DNA from: the human T2T-CHM13v2.0 reference genome, Homo sapiens | Direction: 5' to 3' (one strand) | Length of the DNA stretch: 64,000 nt | NCBI RefSeq assembly: GCF_009914755.1 | Contig: NC_060926.1 | In this document: piece after piece, positions 28,825-44,061 of the stretch | Numbering within the stretch: position 1 is the first letter of the stretch | Layout of the letters: each line of letters opens with the position of its first letter | Position numbers and translations under genes: made by a program | Notes under the pieces: model-generated | What the model was told of the DNA's origin: nothing | Databases searched by the model: none | Seen by the model: the letters and a program-made list of their open reading frames with translations, nothing else

Positions 28825-31201
28825 AAAAGTCAATGTTTCTTCATAATAAAATTGCTCAAAAACTGGGTATAGAAGGAACATACCTCAACATAACAAAAGC
28901 TATATATGACAGACTCACAGCTAGTATCACACTGAATGGGGAAAAACTGAAGTCTTTCCTCTAAGATCTGGAACATGACTAGGGTGCCCACTTTCACCAC
29001 TGTTCTTCAACATAGTAATGGAATTTCTAGCTAGAACAATTGGATGGACAAGAGAAAGAAATACAGGGCCTCCAAATTGAAAAGGAAGAAGTCATATTAT
29101 TTTTGCTTGCAGATGATATGTTCTCATATTTAGAAAAATTAAAAACAATTTAATTTACAAAAATTATTAGATACAAAAAATATTAGATCTGATAAACAAA
29201 TTCAGTTAAGTTGCAGAATACAAAATCAACATACAAAATTCAGTAACATTTCTATATCCCAACAGTGAACAATCTGGAAAAGAAACAAAAAATGTAATCC
29301 CATTTATGACAGCCATGCATAAAATTAAACACTTAGGAACTAACTTAACCAAAGAAGTGAAAGATCTCTACAATAAAAACCACAAAACATTGATGAAAGA
29401 AGTTGAAGAATGCTCCAAAAAATGGAAAGATATTCCATGTTCAGGGATTAGAAGAATTGATATTGTTAAAATGCCCATACTACCCAAAGCAAACCTACAG
29501 ATTCAATGCAATTCGTGTCAAAATACCAATGACATTCTTCACAGAAATAAAAAAAAAATCCTAAAGTGTATATGGATTCACAGAAGACCCAGAATAGCCA
29601 AAGCTATCCTAAGCAAAAAGAACAAAACTGAGGAATCACATTATCTGACTAAAAATTATACTACAGAGGTATAGTAACCAAAACAGCATGGTACTGCCAT
29701 AAAAAGACACAGAGACCAATGGAATGGAATAGAGAACCTAGAAACAAATCCCACACACCTACAGTGAACTGATTTTCAACACAAGTGCCAAGAACATACT
29801 CCAGGGAAAATACAGTCTTTCAATAAATGGTGTTGGGAAAACTGAATATCAATAGGCAGAAGAATAAAACTAGATCCCTATCTCTCACCTTGTACAAAAA
29901 TCAAATAAAAACAAAGACTTAATTCTAAGACCTCAAACAATAAAACTACTACAAGAAGACATTGGGGAAACTCTCTAGGACATTGGTCTAGGGAAAGATT
30001 TCTTGGGTACTACCCACAAGCACAGGAAACCAAAGTAAAAATGGACAAATGGGATCACAAATTAAAAAGCATCTTCACAGTAAAGGAAACAAACAGCAGA
30101 GTGAAGAGACAACCCACAGAATGGAAGAAAATATTTGCAAAGTGTTCATCTGACAAGGTATTCACTACCAGAATATATAAGGAGCTCAAACAACTCTGTA
30201 GGAAAAAAAACCTAATAACTCAATTAAAAATGGGCAAAACATCTGAATAGACACTTCTCAAAATAAAACATACAAATGGCAAACTGGCCTATAAAAAGGT
30301 GCTCAACGTCATTAATCATTAGGGTAATACAAATGAAAACTACAATGAGATATCATCTCATCCCATTTAAAATGGCTTATATCCAAAAGACAGGCAATAA
30401 CAAATGCTGGTAAGGATATGGAGAAAAGGGAACATTTGTACACTGTTTGTGGAATTGAAAATTAATATAACCACTATGGCGAGTAGTTTGGAGGATCAAA
30501 AAAAAAAACTAAAAATTGAGCTACTATATGATCCAGCAATCCCACTGCTGGGTACATACCCAAAAGAAAGGAAATCTTTATATCAAAGAGATATCTGCAC
30601 TCTCATGTTTGTTGTAGCACTGTTCATAATATCCAAGAATTAGAAGCAACCTAAATGTCCATTAATAGATGAATTAATAAAGAAAATGTGGGACATATAC
30701 ACAATGAAGTACTATTCAGCCATTAAAAAATGAGATCTTGTCATTTGCAACAAGATGGATGGAACTGGAGGTTATTATGTTAAGTAAAATAAGTCAGACA
30801 CAGAAAGACATACATCACATGTTCTCACTTATTTCTGAGATCTAAAAATCAAAACAATTGAACTCATGGAGATAAACAGTAGAAGGATGGTTACCAGAGG
30901 CTGGGAAGGGTAGTGGGTGGTGGAAAGGAGATAGGTTAATGGGTACGAAATGTAGAAAGAATGAGTAAGACCTACTAATTGATAGCACAACAGGATGGCT
31001 ATAGTCAATAACAATTTAATTGTACACTTTGAAATAACTAAAAGAGCATAATTGGATTGTTTGTAACACAAGGCATAAATGCTTGAGGGTATGGACACCC
31101 CATTTGCCATGATATGATTATTATGCATTGCATGCCTATATCAAAACATTGTACCCCTTAAATATATACAACTATCATGTACCCACAAAAATTAAAAATA
31201 G

Positions 31202-31535
31202 AAAGGAAGAGAGGTAGAGAGTGAAGTCTGGGGGAGTCTCAAACATGAAACTTCCTTGTTCTTTCCCCATGCAGTCAGTATGCACTACCTTCCCAGCATC
31301 TGAGTGTGACAATATGCAGTATATTGGCAACCAGGAAAGCTCAATCGAGCTTCAGTGTCTAGCATTTTTAGTAAGGTTTTATTATGTACGGATGACAGAC
31401 TGAATCATTACCCATGTGACTGAACTCAGTCTCTAGCCACTTTCCCTTTGCAAAAGTCAGGCTGATACTATGTTGCTCAAAGCCCCACCCCTCTAATCAT
31501 CTCCATTCTGAGTCACATCGTTGGCATAAACAATC
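31202..31535. mobile_element. MER21-like LTR, right part
   Basis: GAAGAGA..TAG.G.GAAGTCTGGG..GTC.C continuation of the element broken at 9479. Confidence 0.65.
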
Positions 31536-31539
31536 AGCC

Positions 31540-31700
31540 CATATTAGCTTGCTAAGGCTGCTGTAACAAACTGTCACAAATTGGGTCAATTAAACAATAG
31601 AAATTTATTTTCTAACAGTTCTGGAGGCTAGAGGTCTGAGATCAATGTGTCAAAAGCAATGGTTCCTCTGAGGGTTGTGATGGATAATCTTTCACATGCT
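31540..31700 (-). mobile_element. MLT1 LTR fragment
   Basis: TATTAG...GGCTGCTGTAACAAA...AGAAATTTATTTTCTAACAGTTCTGGAGGCTAGA. Confidence 0.75.
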
Positions 31701-32530
31701 TTCAATTCATGAATATCTCAACAGAGAAATGAGAAATCACAGCAGAGATGTAAAAATAATTTTTAAGATGGAAATTCTAGAACCAAAATAATTTTTGAAA
31801 TAAAAAATTATGAATTAGACATAATAGTTGAATAAGGAAGAAGAGAAGTGATAATTTAAAGATATGTCATTAGAAAAAGTTGGAAAAAAACATAGCATCA
31901 GTTATCTTATAGATGAAATCCAACAGTCAAATGTATATGTAGCTGTAATTACTAAAAGGAGAAGAAAGACCAATTAAAAAGTTTGCAAGGAAATAATGAC
32001 TGAAATATTTCCAAATTTGATAAAAGGCAAAAGTTTACAGATTCAAGGTTCTCAATAAGCAACAAAGAGAAAAACACAAAGAAGCCCACACTGAAGCACG
32101 TTATATTTAAATATGGAAGGGTGAAGACAAAGAGGAAACCTTAAAGTCAGTAATAGAAAAACAGCATATTGTCTACAGAAGCAGCATTCTGATCAACAGC
32201 TGATTTCTCATCATAAAACCTATAGATGAGAAGAAAGTGGAACATTCTTAAAATACTGGAAAAAAAAAAGCTCAGCATTTTACCTATATCCAGCAAAAAT
32301 ATCATTCAGTAATGAAGGCAAAATAAGGACTTTTTCAGATAAACAAAATATAAGAGGATTCATAGTTACACTCAATAAATGTTAAAGTTCTTCTGGCTAA
32401 AAGGAAAAGAATCCTGATGAAAGTGTGTCCTCAGCAAAAATTGCAGAGCATCAGAAATTGACATCTGCGTAAATGCAAAAACAAACAAAATACATTTTTT
32501 TATTTTCGTCTTAAAATTATGTAATCCATA

Positions 32531-32889
32531 TGTTAGGAACTGAATGTTTGTATCCTCCAAAATTCATACACTGAAATTCTCACCCCACCCCAGTGTGATA
32601 GTATTAGGAAGTGGAGATTTGGGGAGGTAATTATTAGCTCATGAGGGTGGAGCCCTCATGAATAGCATTAGTGCCCTTGTAAGAAGACAATGATCTCTCT
32701 TTCTCAGCTATGTAACGGTACAATGAGAAGACAGCCATCTACAGAAAGATACGCCCTCACCAGACACTGACCCTGTTGGCACCTTGACCTTTGGATTCCC
32801 AGACTCCAAAATTGCAAGTAATGTATGTTTGCTGTTTAAGCTGACCAGCCTATAGTATTCCATTATAGCAGCCCAAACTGACTAAGACA
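32531..32889 (+). mobile_element. MaLR solo LTR (MLT1A/MSTD-like)
   Basis: TG...ACTAAGACA termini. 5-bp TSD CCATA/TCATA (32526-32530, 32890-32894). Confidence 0.8.
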
Positions 32890-33597
32890 TCATATAACTG
32901 TTTATAATTTTATTATAACATTGTCTTATAAAATTTATAATATATGTTGGTGTACCACATATACAATTATATCATAAGAGATAGAGAGATGAATTTACTA
33001 AGTGGTAAGATTTCTATTTTTTATGTGCAGTAGTGCATTGTAATTATATACTGTGAAAGTTATGAATGTATATTGAAATCTCTAAAGCACCCCTATAAAA
33101 TGAAATTATAAACAATAACTAAAATTCAACAGGAAAATTAAGATAAAATCTAAAAAATAATAGAATAATACAAAACGGGGGCAGGAAAGGAAAACCAAAA
33201 CACAGAAGTAAATGGTTGGAACTGTTGGAAAGAAAGACATAAGCTATGTATTTTCAGATGGCATGATTATGATCTTGTTTAAAAGATACTGAAAATAAAA
33301 ATTAGAAATAATATATAAATTCAATAAGGTTACAAAATACAGGATTAATATATAAAATAAGTTGTATTCCTATACATTAGAAAAGAAAACCTGAAATGAA
33401 ATTACAAAAACAATCCATTTACAATAGCACCAAACAGAACAAAATACTTAGATATAAATTTAACAAAAGGAGTGCAAGACTTGTACACTAAAAACTACAA
33501 AACATTGTTGAAAGAAATTAAAGAAAACTTAAATAAGTGAAAAGATATCCCATGTCCACGGTTTGGAAGACTTACTATTGTTAGAAATCATACTGCC

Positions 33598-33969
33598 CGC
33601 TATGGACTAAATTACGTTCTACCAAAATTTATATGTGGAAGTTTTAACCTGCAATGTGACTATATGTGGAAATACAGTCTTTAGGAGGTAATTAAGGTTA
33701 AGTAAGATCATAAGAGTAGAGCCCAAATCCAATAGGACTGTGGCCTTAGTTTTCTAAGAGAGAGAGAGGGAGATCTTTTTCTCTACCACATGAGAACACA
33801 ATAAGAAGATCGCCATCTGCAACCCAAGAAGAAAGCCCTCACCAGACATTGAGTCCACTGACACCTTCATCTTGGATTTCCACTCTCTAGAATGTGAAAA
33901 ATAAATTCCTGTTTTTTAAGCCACACAGTCTATGATATTTGGTTACAGCAGCCTGAGCAAACTAAGATA
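33598..33969 (+). mobile_element. MaLR solo LTR (MLT1A/B-like)
   Basis: GCTATGGACTAAATT...GGTAATTAAGGTTAA...AATAAATTCCTGTTTTTTAAGCCAC...AACTAAGATA. Confidence 0.8.
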
Positions 33970-35561
33970 CTATTCAAACTGATCTACAGATTCACTTCAA
34001 TCCCTGTCAGAATCCCAGCTGACTTTTTTCAGAAACAGGAAAGTTGATATAGCATAGACAAAATAATCTTTAAAAAGAAAAAAAAACTGAAGGACTCACA
34101 TTACCCAATTATAAAACTTAGTACAAAATAACAATAATAAAGATAGTGTGGTACTAACATAAAAATAGATACATTTATCAATGGAATAGAATTAGGAGTC
34201 CAAAAGTCAATGTATACATCTATGGTCAACTGATTTTCAACAAGGTTGTCAAGATCATTCGATGGGGAAAGAATAGTCTTTTTAACAAATGATGTTGGTA
34301 CAACCAGATAGCTAGATGCAGAAAGTAAAATAAAATAGGACCCTTATTTCACCCCACATGCAAAAATTAACTCAAAGTGGATCAAACACATTGTGTAAAA
34401 GTCAAAACTATAAAACTCTTAGAAGAATACATAGGTGTAAATCTTTATGATTTTAAATTAGGCAGTGGTTTCTTAGGTGGGACCAAAGCCTTCATTCAGA
34501 AAAAAACTTTCATTCTGAAAACACTACCATCAGGAAAGTGAAAAGATGGCCCACAAAATGGGAGAAATATTTACAAGTTATATCATTGATAAGGACCTAG
34601 TATCTAGGATATGTATTTTTTAATTCAAGTTCAATAATGAAGAGATAAATAGCCCAATTTTAAAGATGGCAAAAAAAGAAATGGATGAATTCCTAGAAAC
34701 CTGCAACCTGCCAAGACTGAATCAGGAAGAAATAGAAATCTAAACGGACCAATAACAAATAAAGAGACTGAATCAATAATAAAAATGTTCCCATCAAAGA
34801 AAAACACAGGACCCCAAAGCCTTCACTGTTAATTTCTGCTAAACATTTCAAGAAGAACTAATACCAATGTTTCTCAAATGCTTCCCAAAAATTGAAGAGG
34901 AGGGAATATTTTCAAATTTATTTTATGTGGTCAGCATTATCCTGATACCAAAGCCAGATAAGGATACTACAAGAAAGAAAACTACAGGCCAATATACTGA
35001 TGAAGACAGATTCAAAAATTCTCAACAACCAAAAAAAAGCTAGCAAACTAAATTCATCAGGACGTTACCAACATCATTTACCATTATCAAGCATAATTTA
35101 TCCCAGGGATGAAGAGATGCTTCAACATATGTAAATCAATAAATGTGATATGATATCAACAAAGTAGAAAAAGAATTTGATAAAAATTCAACAACTGTTT
35201 ATATTTTAAAAACTCTCAAAAAATAGGTAGAGAAGAATGTACCTCAACATAATATAAGTCATGTATGACAAGCCCACAGCTATCATACTCAATGCTGAAA
35301 GGTTAAAAGCTTTTCTTCTAAGATCAAGAACAATACAAAGATGCCCACGCTTGCCACTGCTAATTAACATAGTACTGGAAGTCCTAGCCAAAACAATTAG
35401 ACAAGAAAAAGAAATAAAAAGCATTCACACAGAAAAAGAAAAAGTAAAATTATCTTTTTTTGCTGATGACATGACCTTTTATGAAGAAAACTCTAAAGAT
35501 TCCCCCAAAAACCTATAAGAACTGATAAACAAATTCAATAAAGTTTCAGATTACAAAATCA

Positions 35562-35901
<340 letters not shown>

Positions 35902-35902
35902 T

Positions 35903-36105
35903 CAGAATCAACTTCTAGACATACACTTTCAGATGATTTTAGCCCCCAGCCTTTAAGCCACCCAGATGACATCAAAGGGAACACAAGCAAGCTATCCATA
36001 CTGAGTCCTACCAAAATTATAGATTCATGAGTAAAATAAATGCTGTCATTATTTTAAGCCAAAAAATTTGGGATCGTTTGTTATGCAACCGTAGTAACTG
36101 CAGCA
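35903..36105 (+). mobile_element. MLT1 LTR 3' fragment
   Basis: AGATTCATGAGTAAAATAAATGCTGTCATTATTTTAAGCC...GTTTGTTATGCAACCGTAGTAACTG. Confidence 0.7.
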
Positions 36106-37100
<995 letters not shown>

Positions 37101-39558
37101 AACAAAAATGTCAGTAGTGTTTCTATACACTAACAGTGAACTATCCAAAGAATTTTTAAAATCTCAATTACAATAGCATCAAAAAATAAATAACATACTT
37201 AGGAGTAAATTTAGCCATAGAGCTGAAAGATTTGTATACTTAAAATGATAAAACATTGATGAAAGAAATTGAAGATAGAAGTAAAAAGAAATATAGTTCA
37301 TGTTCATGGATTGGAAGAATTAATATTGTTAAAATGTCTACACTAACCAAAGTAATCTGCATATTTAATGCAATTTGTATTGGAATTCCATGTCATTTTT
37401 CACAGAAATGGAAAAAACAATCCTAAAATTTATACGGAGTTACAAAAGACTGTAAACGCCCAAAGCAATCTTGAGCAAAAAGAACAATGCTGGAAGGATC
37501 ACACTGACAGATTTCAAAATATATTACAAACCTACTGTAATCAAAACAGCATGCTATTGGAATTTAAAAAAGGCATTTTGACCGAGGGAACAGGATAGAA
37601 AGCCCAGATATAAACTTAAATATTTGCAGTTAATTGATTTTCAACAAAGGTGCCAAGAACACACCATAGGGAAAGAACAGTCTCTTCAATAAATGGTGTA
37701 GAGAAACTGGACATCCACATGCAGAAGAATGAAATTGGACCCTTATTTCATACCATATACAAAAATTAACTTAAAATGAATAAGAGACTGAAACATAAGG
37801 CTTAAAACTGTAAAGCTACTGAAAGAAAACAGAAGGGTAAAACTTCATGACATTGAGCTGGTTAATGACTTCTTGGATAGGACTCCAAAAGTACATGAAA
37901 CAGAAGCAAAAATATACAAACGGGATTGTATCAAACTAAAAAGCTTCTGCACAACAAAGGAAACAACAGAATAAAGAGACAACCCACAGATTGGGAGAAA
38001 ATATTTACAAACCATACATCTGATAAAGAACCAATATAAAAAAACACACAAGAATCTCAAACAACTCAATGGATAAAAAAGCAAAACCCAACTAAAAAAT
38101 GAGCAAAGAGTCTGAACAGACATTTCTCAAAAGAAGAGATATGAATAGCCAACAGATATATGAAAAATGCTCAATATCATTAGTCATCAGGGAAATGCAA
38201 ATTAAAACCACAATGAGATATCACCTCACATCTTTTAGAATGGTTATTACTCAAAAAGACAAATGATAACAAATGTTGAAAAGAATGTGGAGAAAATAAA
38301 ACCCTTGTGCACTGTTGGTGAGAATATAAATTATTATAGGCATTTTGGAAAGTAGTATGGAAGTTCTTCAAAAAACTAAAAATGGAATATTCATATGATC
38401 CAGCAATTCCATTTCTGGGTATGTACCTGAATTAGTCTGTTCTCACTCTGCTAATAGAGACATACCCAAGACTGGGTAATCTATAAAGAAAAAGAGGCTT
38501 AATGGACTCACAGTTCCACATGGCTGGGGAGTCCTCACAATCACAGTGGAGGGCAAAGGGGAAGCAAGACATGTCTTGCATGGTGGCAGGCAGGAGGGAG
38601 CATGTGCAGGGGAACTCTCATTTATAAAACCATCAGATCTCATGACACTTATTCACTACCACAAGAAAAGTATAGGGAAAACCACTCCCATGATTCACTA
38701 ATCTTCACCTGGCCCCACCCTTGACATGTGGGGATGATTACAATTCAAGATAAGATTTGGGTGGGAACACAGCAAACCATATTATTCTGCACCTGTCCCC
38801 TCTCAAATCTCATGTCCTCAGGTTTTGAAACTAATAATGCCTTCCCAACAGTTCCTCAAAGTAATAATTCATTTCAGCATTAACTCAAAAGTCCACAGTC
38901 CAAAGTCTTATCTGAGACATGGCAAGTCCCTTCAGCCTATGAGCCTGCAAAATCAAAAGCAAGTTAGTTACTTCCTAGATACAGTAGGGACATAAGCATT
39001 GGATAAATACACTCATTCCAAATGGGAGAAATTATCCAAAACACAGGGACTGCAGGTCCCATATGAGTCCGAAGTCCAGTGGGGCAATCAAATCTTAAAG
39101 CTGCAAAATTATCTCCTTTGCCTCCATATCTCACATCTAGGTCATGCTGATGCAAGTGGTGGGCTCCTGTGGCCTTGGGCAGCTCTGCCCCTGTGGCTTT
39201 GCAGGGTACAGCTCCTCTCCTGGCTGCTTTCACAGGCTGGCATTGAGTGTCTGTGGTTTTTCCAGGTACACAGGCAAGCTGTCAGTGGATCTACCATTCT
39301 GGGGTCCGTAGGACAGTGGCCTCTTCTCACAGCTCCACTAGGCAGTGCCCCAGTCAGGACTCTTGTGTGGGGGCTTCAACCCCATGTTTCCCTTCCACAC
39401 TGCCCTAGCAGAGATTCTCCATGAGAGCTCTGTCACTGCAGAAAACTTCTGCCTGGATATCCAGGCATTTCCATACATCCTCTGAAATCTAGGCGGAAGT
39501 TCCAAAACTTTAATTCTTGACTTCTGTGCACCTGCACACCTAGTACCATGTAAGCCAA

Positions 39559-41966
39559 TGATATGGTTTGGCAGTGTCCTCATCCCAATCTTATCTTTAA
39601 TTGTAGCTCCCATAATTCCCATGTGTTGTGGGAGGGACCCAGTGGGAGAAAATTGAATCATGGGGGCAGTTTCCCTCATACTGTTTGCATAGTAGTGAAT
39701 AAGTCTCATGAGGTCTGATGGTTTTATAAAGGGAAACCCCCTTCACTTGGTTCCCATTCTCTCTTGCCTGCCACCATGTAAGACATGCCTTTCATCTTCT
39801 GCCATGATTGTAAGGCCTCCCCAGCCACGTGGAACTGTGAGTCTATTAAATTTCTTTTTAAAAAATAATAATAAATTACCCAGTCTCAGGTATGTCTTTA
39901 TCAGTAGCATGAGAACAGACTAATACAGTAAATTGGTAATGGTAGAGTGGGGTGCTGCTGTTAAGATACCCAAAAATGTGGAAGTGACTTTAGAACTGAG
40001 TAACAGAGGTTGGAGCAGGTTGGAGGGCTAAGAAGAAGACAGGAAGATGTGGGAAAGTTTGAAACTTCCTAGAGACTTGTTGAATGGCTTTGACCAAAAT
40101 GCTGATAGTGATATAGATAATAAGGTCCAGGCTGAGGCAGTCTCAGATGGAGATGAGGAGCTAGTTGGGAACTGGAGTAAAGGTGACTCTTGCTATGTTT
40201 TAGCAAAGAGACTGGTGGCATTTTCCCCCTGCCCTGGAGATCTGTGGAACTTTGAACTTGAGGGAGATTATTTAGGGTATCTGGCAGGAGAAATTTCTGA
40301 GCAGCAAAGCATTCAAGACATGACTTGGTGCTGTTAAAAGCATTCAGTTTTAAAAAGGGAAACAGCATAAAATTTTGGAAAATTTCCAGCCTGGCAATGT
40401 GATAGAAAAGAAAAACCCCATTTTCTGAGGAGAAATTCAAGCCAGCTGCAGAAATTTGCATAAGTAATGAGGAGCCAAATGTTAATCCCCAAGACAATGG
40501 GGAAAAAGTCTCCAAGGCATGTCAAAGGTCTTCATGGCAGCTTGTCCAATCAAGAGGCCCAAAGGCCTAGGAGGAAAAAATGGTTTCATGGGCCAGACCC
40601 AGGGCCACCCTGCTGTGTGCAGCCTAGGGACTTGGTGTCCTGCATCCCAAATGCTCTAGCCATGGCTAATAGGGGTCAAGATACAGCTCAGGCCATGGTT
40701 TCAGAAGGTTCAAGTACCAAGCCTTGGCAGCTTCCATGTGTTGTTGAGCCTGCCAGTGCACAGAAGTCAAGAATTTAGGTTTGGGAACATGCACCTAAAT
40801 CTCAGAGGATGCATGGAAATGCCTGGATGTCCAGGCAGAAGTTGGCTACAGGGGTGAGCACAGAAGTCAAGAATTTAGGTTTGGGAACCTGCACCTAGAT
40901 CTCAGAGGATGTAGGGAAATGCCTGGATGTCCAGGCAGAAGTTTGCTACAGGGGTGGGACCCTCATGGAGAACCTCCACTAGGGCAGTGTGGAAAGGGAA
41001 TGTAGGGTTGAAGCCCATACACAGAGTCCCAACTGGGGCACTGCCTAGTGGTGCTGTGAGAAGAGGGCCACCATCCTCCAGATCCCAAATGGTAGATCTA
41101 CTGACAGCTTGCAGCGTGCACCTGGAAAAGCAATAGACACTCAATGCCAGCCCATGAAAGCAGCCAGGAGGAGAGGTGTACCCTGCAAAGCCACAGGCAC
41201 AGAGCTACCCAAGGCCATAGGTGCCCACCTCTTACATCAGCATGACCTGGATATGAGACATGGAGCCAAAGAAGATCATTTCAGAGCTTTAAGATATGAC
41301 TGCCCCACTGAATTTTAGACTTCCATGGGGCCTGCAGCCCCCTTTGTTTTGCCCAATTTCTCCCATTTGGAATGGCTGTATTTACCCAATGCCTGTACCC
41401 CCACTGTATCTAGGAAGTAACTAATTTCCTTTTGATTTTACAGGCTCATAGAGGTGAAAGGGACTTGCCTTGCTTCAGATGAGACTTTGGACTGTGGACT
41501 TTGAGTTAATGCTGACATGAGTTAAGACTTTGGGGGGCTGTTGGGAAGGCATGATTGGTTTTGAAATGTGAGGACATGAGATTTAGGAGGGGCCAGATAC
41601 AAAATAAATATGGTTTGGTTGTGTCCTCACCCAAATCTTATCTTTAACTGTAGCTCCCATAATTCCTATGTGTTGTGGGAGGAACCTGGTGGGAGATAAT
41701 TGAATCATGCGAGCAGTTCCTTCATACTGTTCTTGTGGTAGTGAATAAGTCTTATGAGATCGGATGATGGTTTTATAAGGGGAAGCTCCTTTCCTTGGTT
41801 CTCATTCTGTCTTGCCTGCCACTATGTAAGGCATGCTTTTCACCTTCCACCATGATTATGAGGCTTCCCCAGCCACGAGGAACTGTAAGTCCATTAAACC
41901 TTTTTCTTTATAAATTACCCAGTCTCGGGTATGTCTTTATCAGCAGCATGAAAACAGACTAATACA
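39559..41966 (+). mobile_element. Full-length THE1(B/C)-like element, inner
   Basis: LTRs at 39559-39927 and about 41605-41966 (TGATATGGTTTGG...GACTAATACA) with internal sequence between them. TSD GCCAA/GCCAC (39554-39558, 41967-41971). Confidence 0.88.
40758..40957 (+). repeat. 100-bp tandem duplication in the THE1 internal region
   Basis: GCACAGAAGTCAAGAATTTAGG... starts at both 40758 and 40858, with about 5 mismatches between the copies. Confidence 0.92.
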
Positions 41967-44061
41967 GCCACCAAGGCTTGGGACTTGTAACATCTGAAAG
42001 CCTGAGCTGTACGTTGACCCCTTATAGCCATAGCTGGTGCAACTGGGACACAGGGCATCAGGTCCTTATGCAGCACACAGGAGGGGGCCCCTGGGTCCAG
42101 CCATGGAAGCCATTTTTTCCTCCTAGATCTCTGGGCTGGTGATGGGAGGAGCTGCCACAAAAGTCTCTGACATGCCCTGGAGACATTTTCCCCATTGTCT
42201 TGGAGATTAACATTTGGCTCCTCATTACTCATGCAAATTTCTGCAGCAGGCTTGAATTTCTCCCCAGAAAATAAGGCTTTCTTTTCTATTGCATCATCAG
42301 GCTGCAAATTTTCCAAACTTTCCTGCTCTGCTTCCTCTTGAATGCTTCACTGCTTAGAAATTTATTCCCTGGGATGCCCTAAATCATCTCTCTCAAGATC
42401 AAAGTTCCACAGATCTCTAGGACAGGGGCAAAAGGCCACCAGTCTCTTTGCTAAAACCTAACAAGCATCAACTTTATTCCAGTTCCCAACAAGCTCCTCA
42501 TCTCCATCTGAGACCACCTTGGCCTGGGCCTTATTGTCCATATCACTATCAGCATTTTTGTCAAAAACATTCAACAAGTCTCTAGGAAGTTCCAAACTTT
42601 CCCACATTTTCCTGTCTTCTTTTGAGCCCTCCAAACTATTTCAATCTCTGCCTGTCACCCAGTTTCAAAGTCACTTCCATACTTGTTGAGTATCTTATCA
42701 GCAGCACCCTACTCTACTGGTACCAAGGTACTGTATTAGTCTGTTCTCATGATACTGATAAAGACATACCTGAAACTGGGTACTCTATAAAGGAAAGAGG
42801 ATTAATTGACTCACAGTTTTACATGACTGGGGAGGCCTCACAATCATGACAGAAGGAGAATGAGGAACAGAGTAAGGTGTTACATGGCAGCAGGCAAGAG
42901 AGCTTGTGCAGAGGAACTCCCATTTATAAAACTATGAGATCTTGTGAGACTTATTCACTACCACAAGAACAGCATGGGGGAAACTGTCCCCATGTTTCAA
43001 TTATCTCCACCTGGCCTTGCCCTTGACACAAGAGGATTAATACAATTCAAGGTGAGATTTGGGTGGGAACACAGCCAAACCATATCAGTATCCAAAGGAA
43101 ATAAAACTGATATGTTGAAGAGGTATCTGCACTCCCATTTTCAGCATTATTCATAATAGCCAATATATGGAATCAACTTAAGATTCCACCAACACATGAA
43201 CGGACAAAGAAAATATGATATATATACACAATGGAATACTAAACAGCTTCTAAAAAGAAAGAAATTCTATCATTTGCAACAACATGGATGGTACAGGAAG
43301 ACATTATTTTAAGTAAAATAAGCCAGACACAGAAAGACATATACTACATGATCTTACACATATGTGGAATCTAAAAAAATCAATCTCATAAAAACAGAGA
43401 GTAGAAGGGTGGTTACCTGAGGCTAAGGGTAAGAGGGAGAAAGCAAGAAAGGGAAGATGTTGTTCAAAGGATACAAAGTTTTAGTTAGATTCGAAAAATA
43501 AGTTTCAGTAATATATTAAACTGCATAGTGACCACAGTTAGTAATAATGTGTGGTATATTTCAAAATTGCTTACCTAGATTTTTAATGTTCTCACCAAAA
43601 AAAGCAATAAATATGTGAGTTCATGGATACATTAATTACCTTAATTGAACATTTCTGTAATGTACACATAGATCAAAACATCACACTGTACCTGATAAAT
43701 CTACATAATTATTAGTGAATTAATAATTTTCCCTCCAAAATTTTAAGTGTGCAAAGAATCTGAATAAACATTTTTCCAAAGCATATATACAAATGGCCAA
43801 TAAATACATGAAAAGATGCCCACCATCATTAGTCACTAAGGGAATGCAAATCGAAATCACATTTAGAAACCACTTAACACTTCTCAGGATGGCTATAATC
43901 AAAAAGACAGACAATAACAAATGTTAACAAGGATACAGGGAAATTAGAACTCTCATACACTGTTAGTGGGGATGTAAAATTGTGTAGCCACTTTGGGAAA
44001 CAATTTGGCAGTTCCTCAAAAAGTTTAGAGTTACCACATGACCGAGTAATTCTATTTCTAA

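Larger units (their letters stand above)
38428..43087 (-). mobile_element. Full-length MaLR element (THE1D/MSTA-like), outer
   Basis: LTRs at 38428-38784 and 42732-43087. The internal region is split by the inner element. 5-bp TSD GTACC/GTATC (38423-38427, 43088-43092). Confidence 0.85.
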
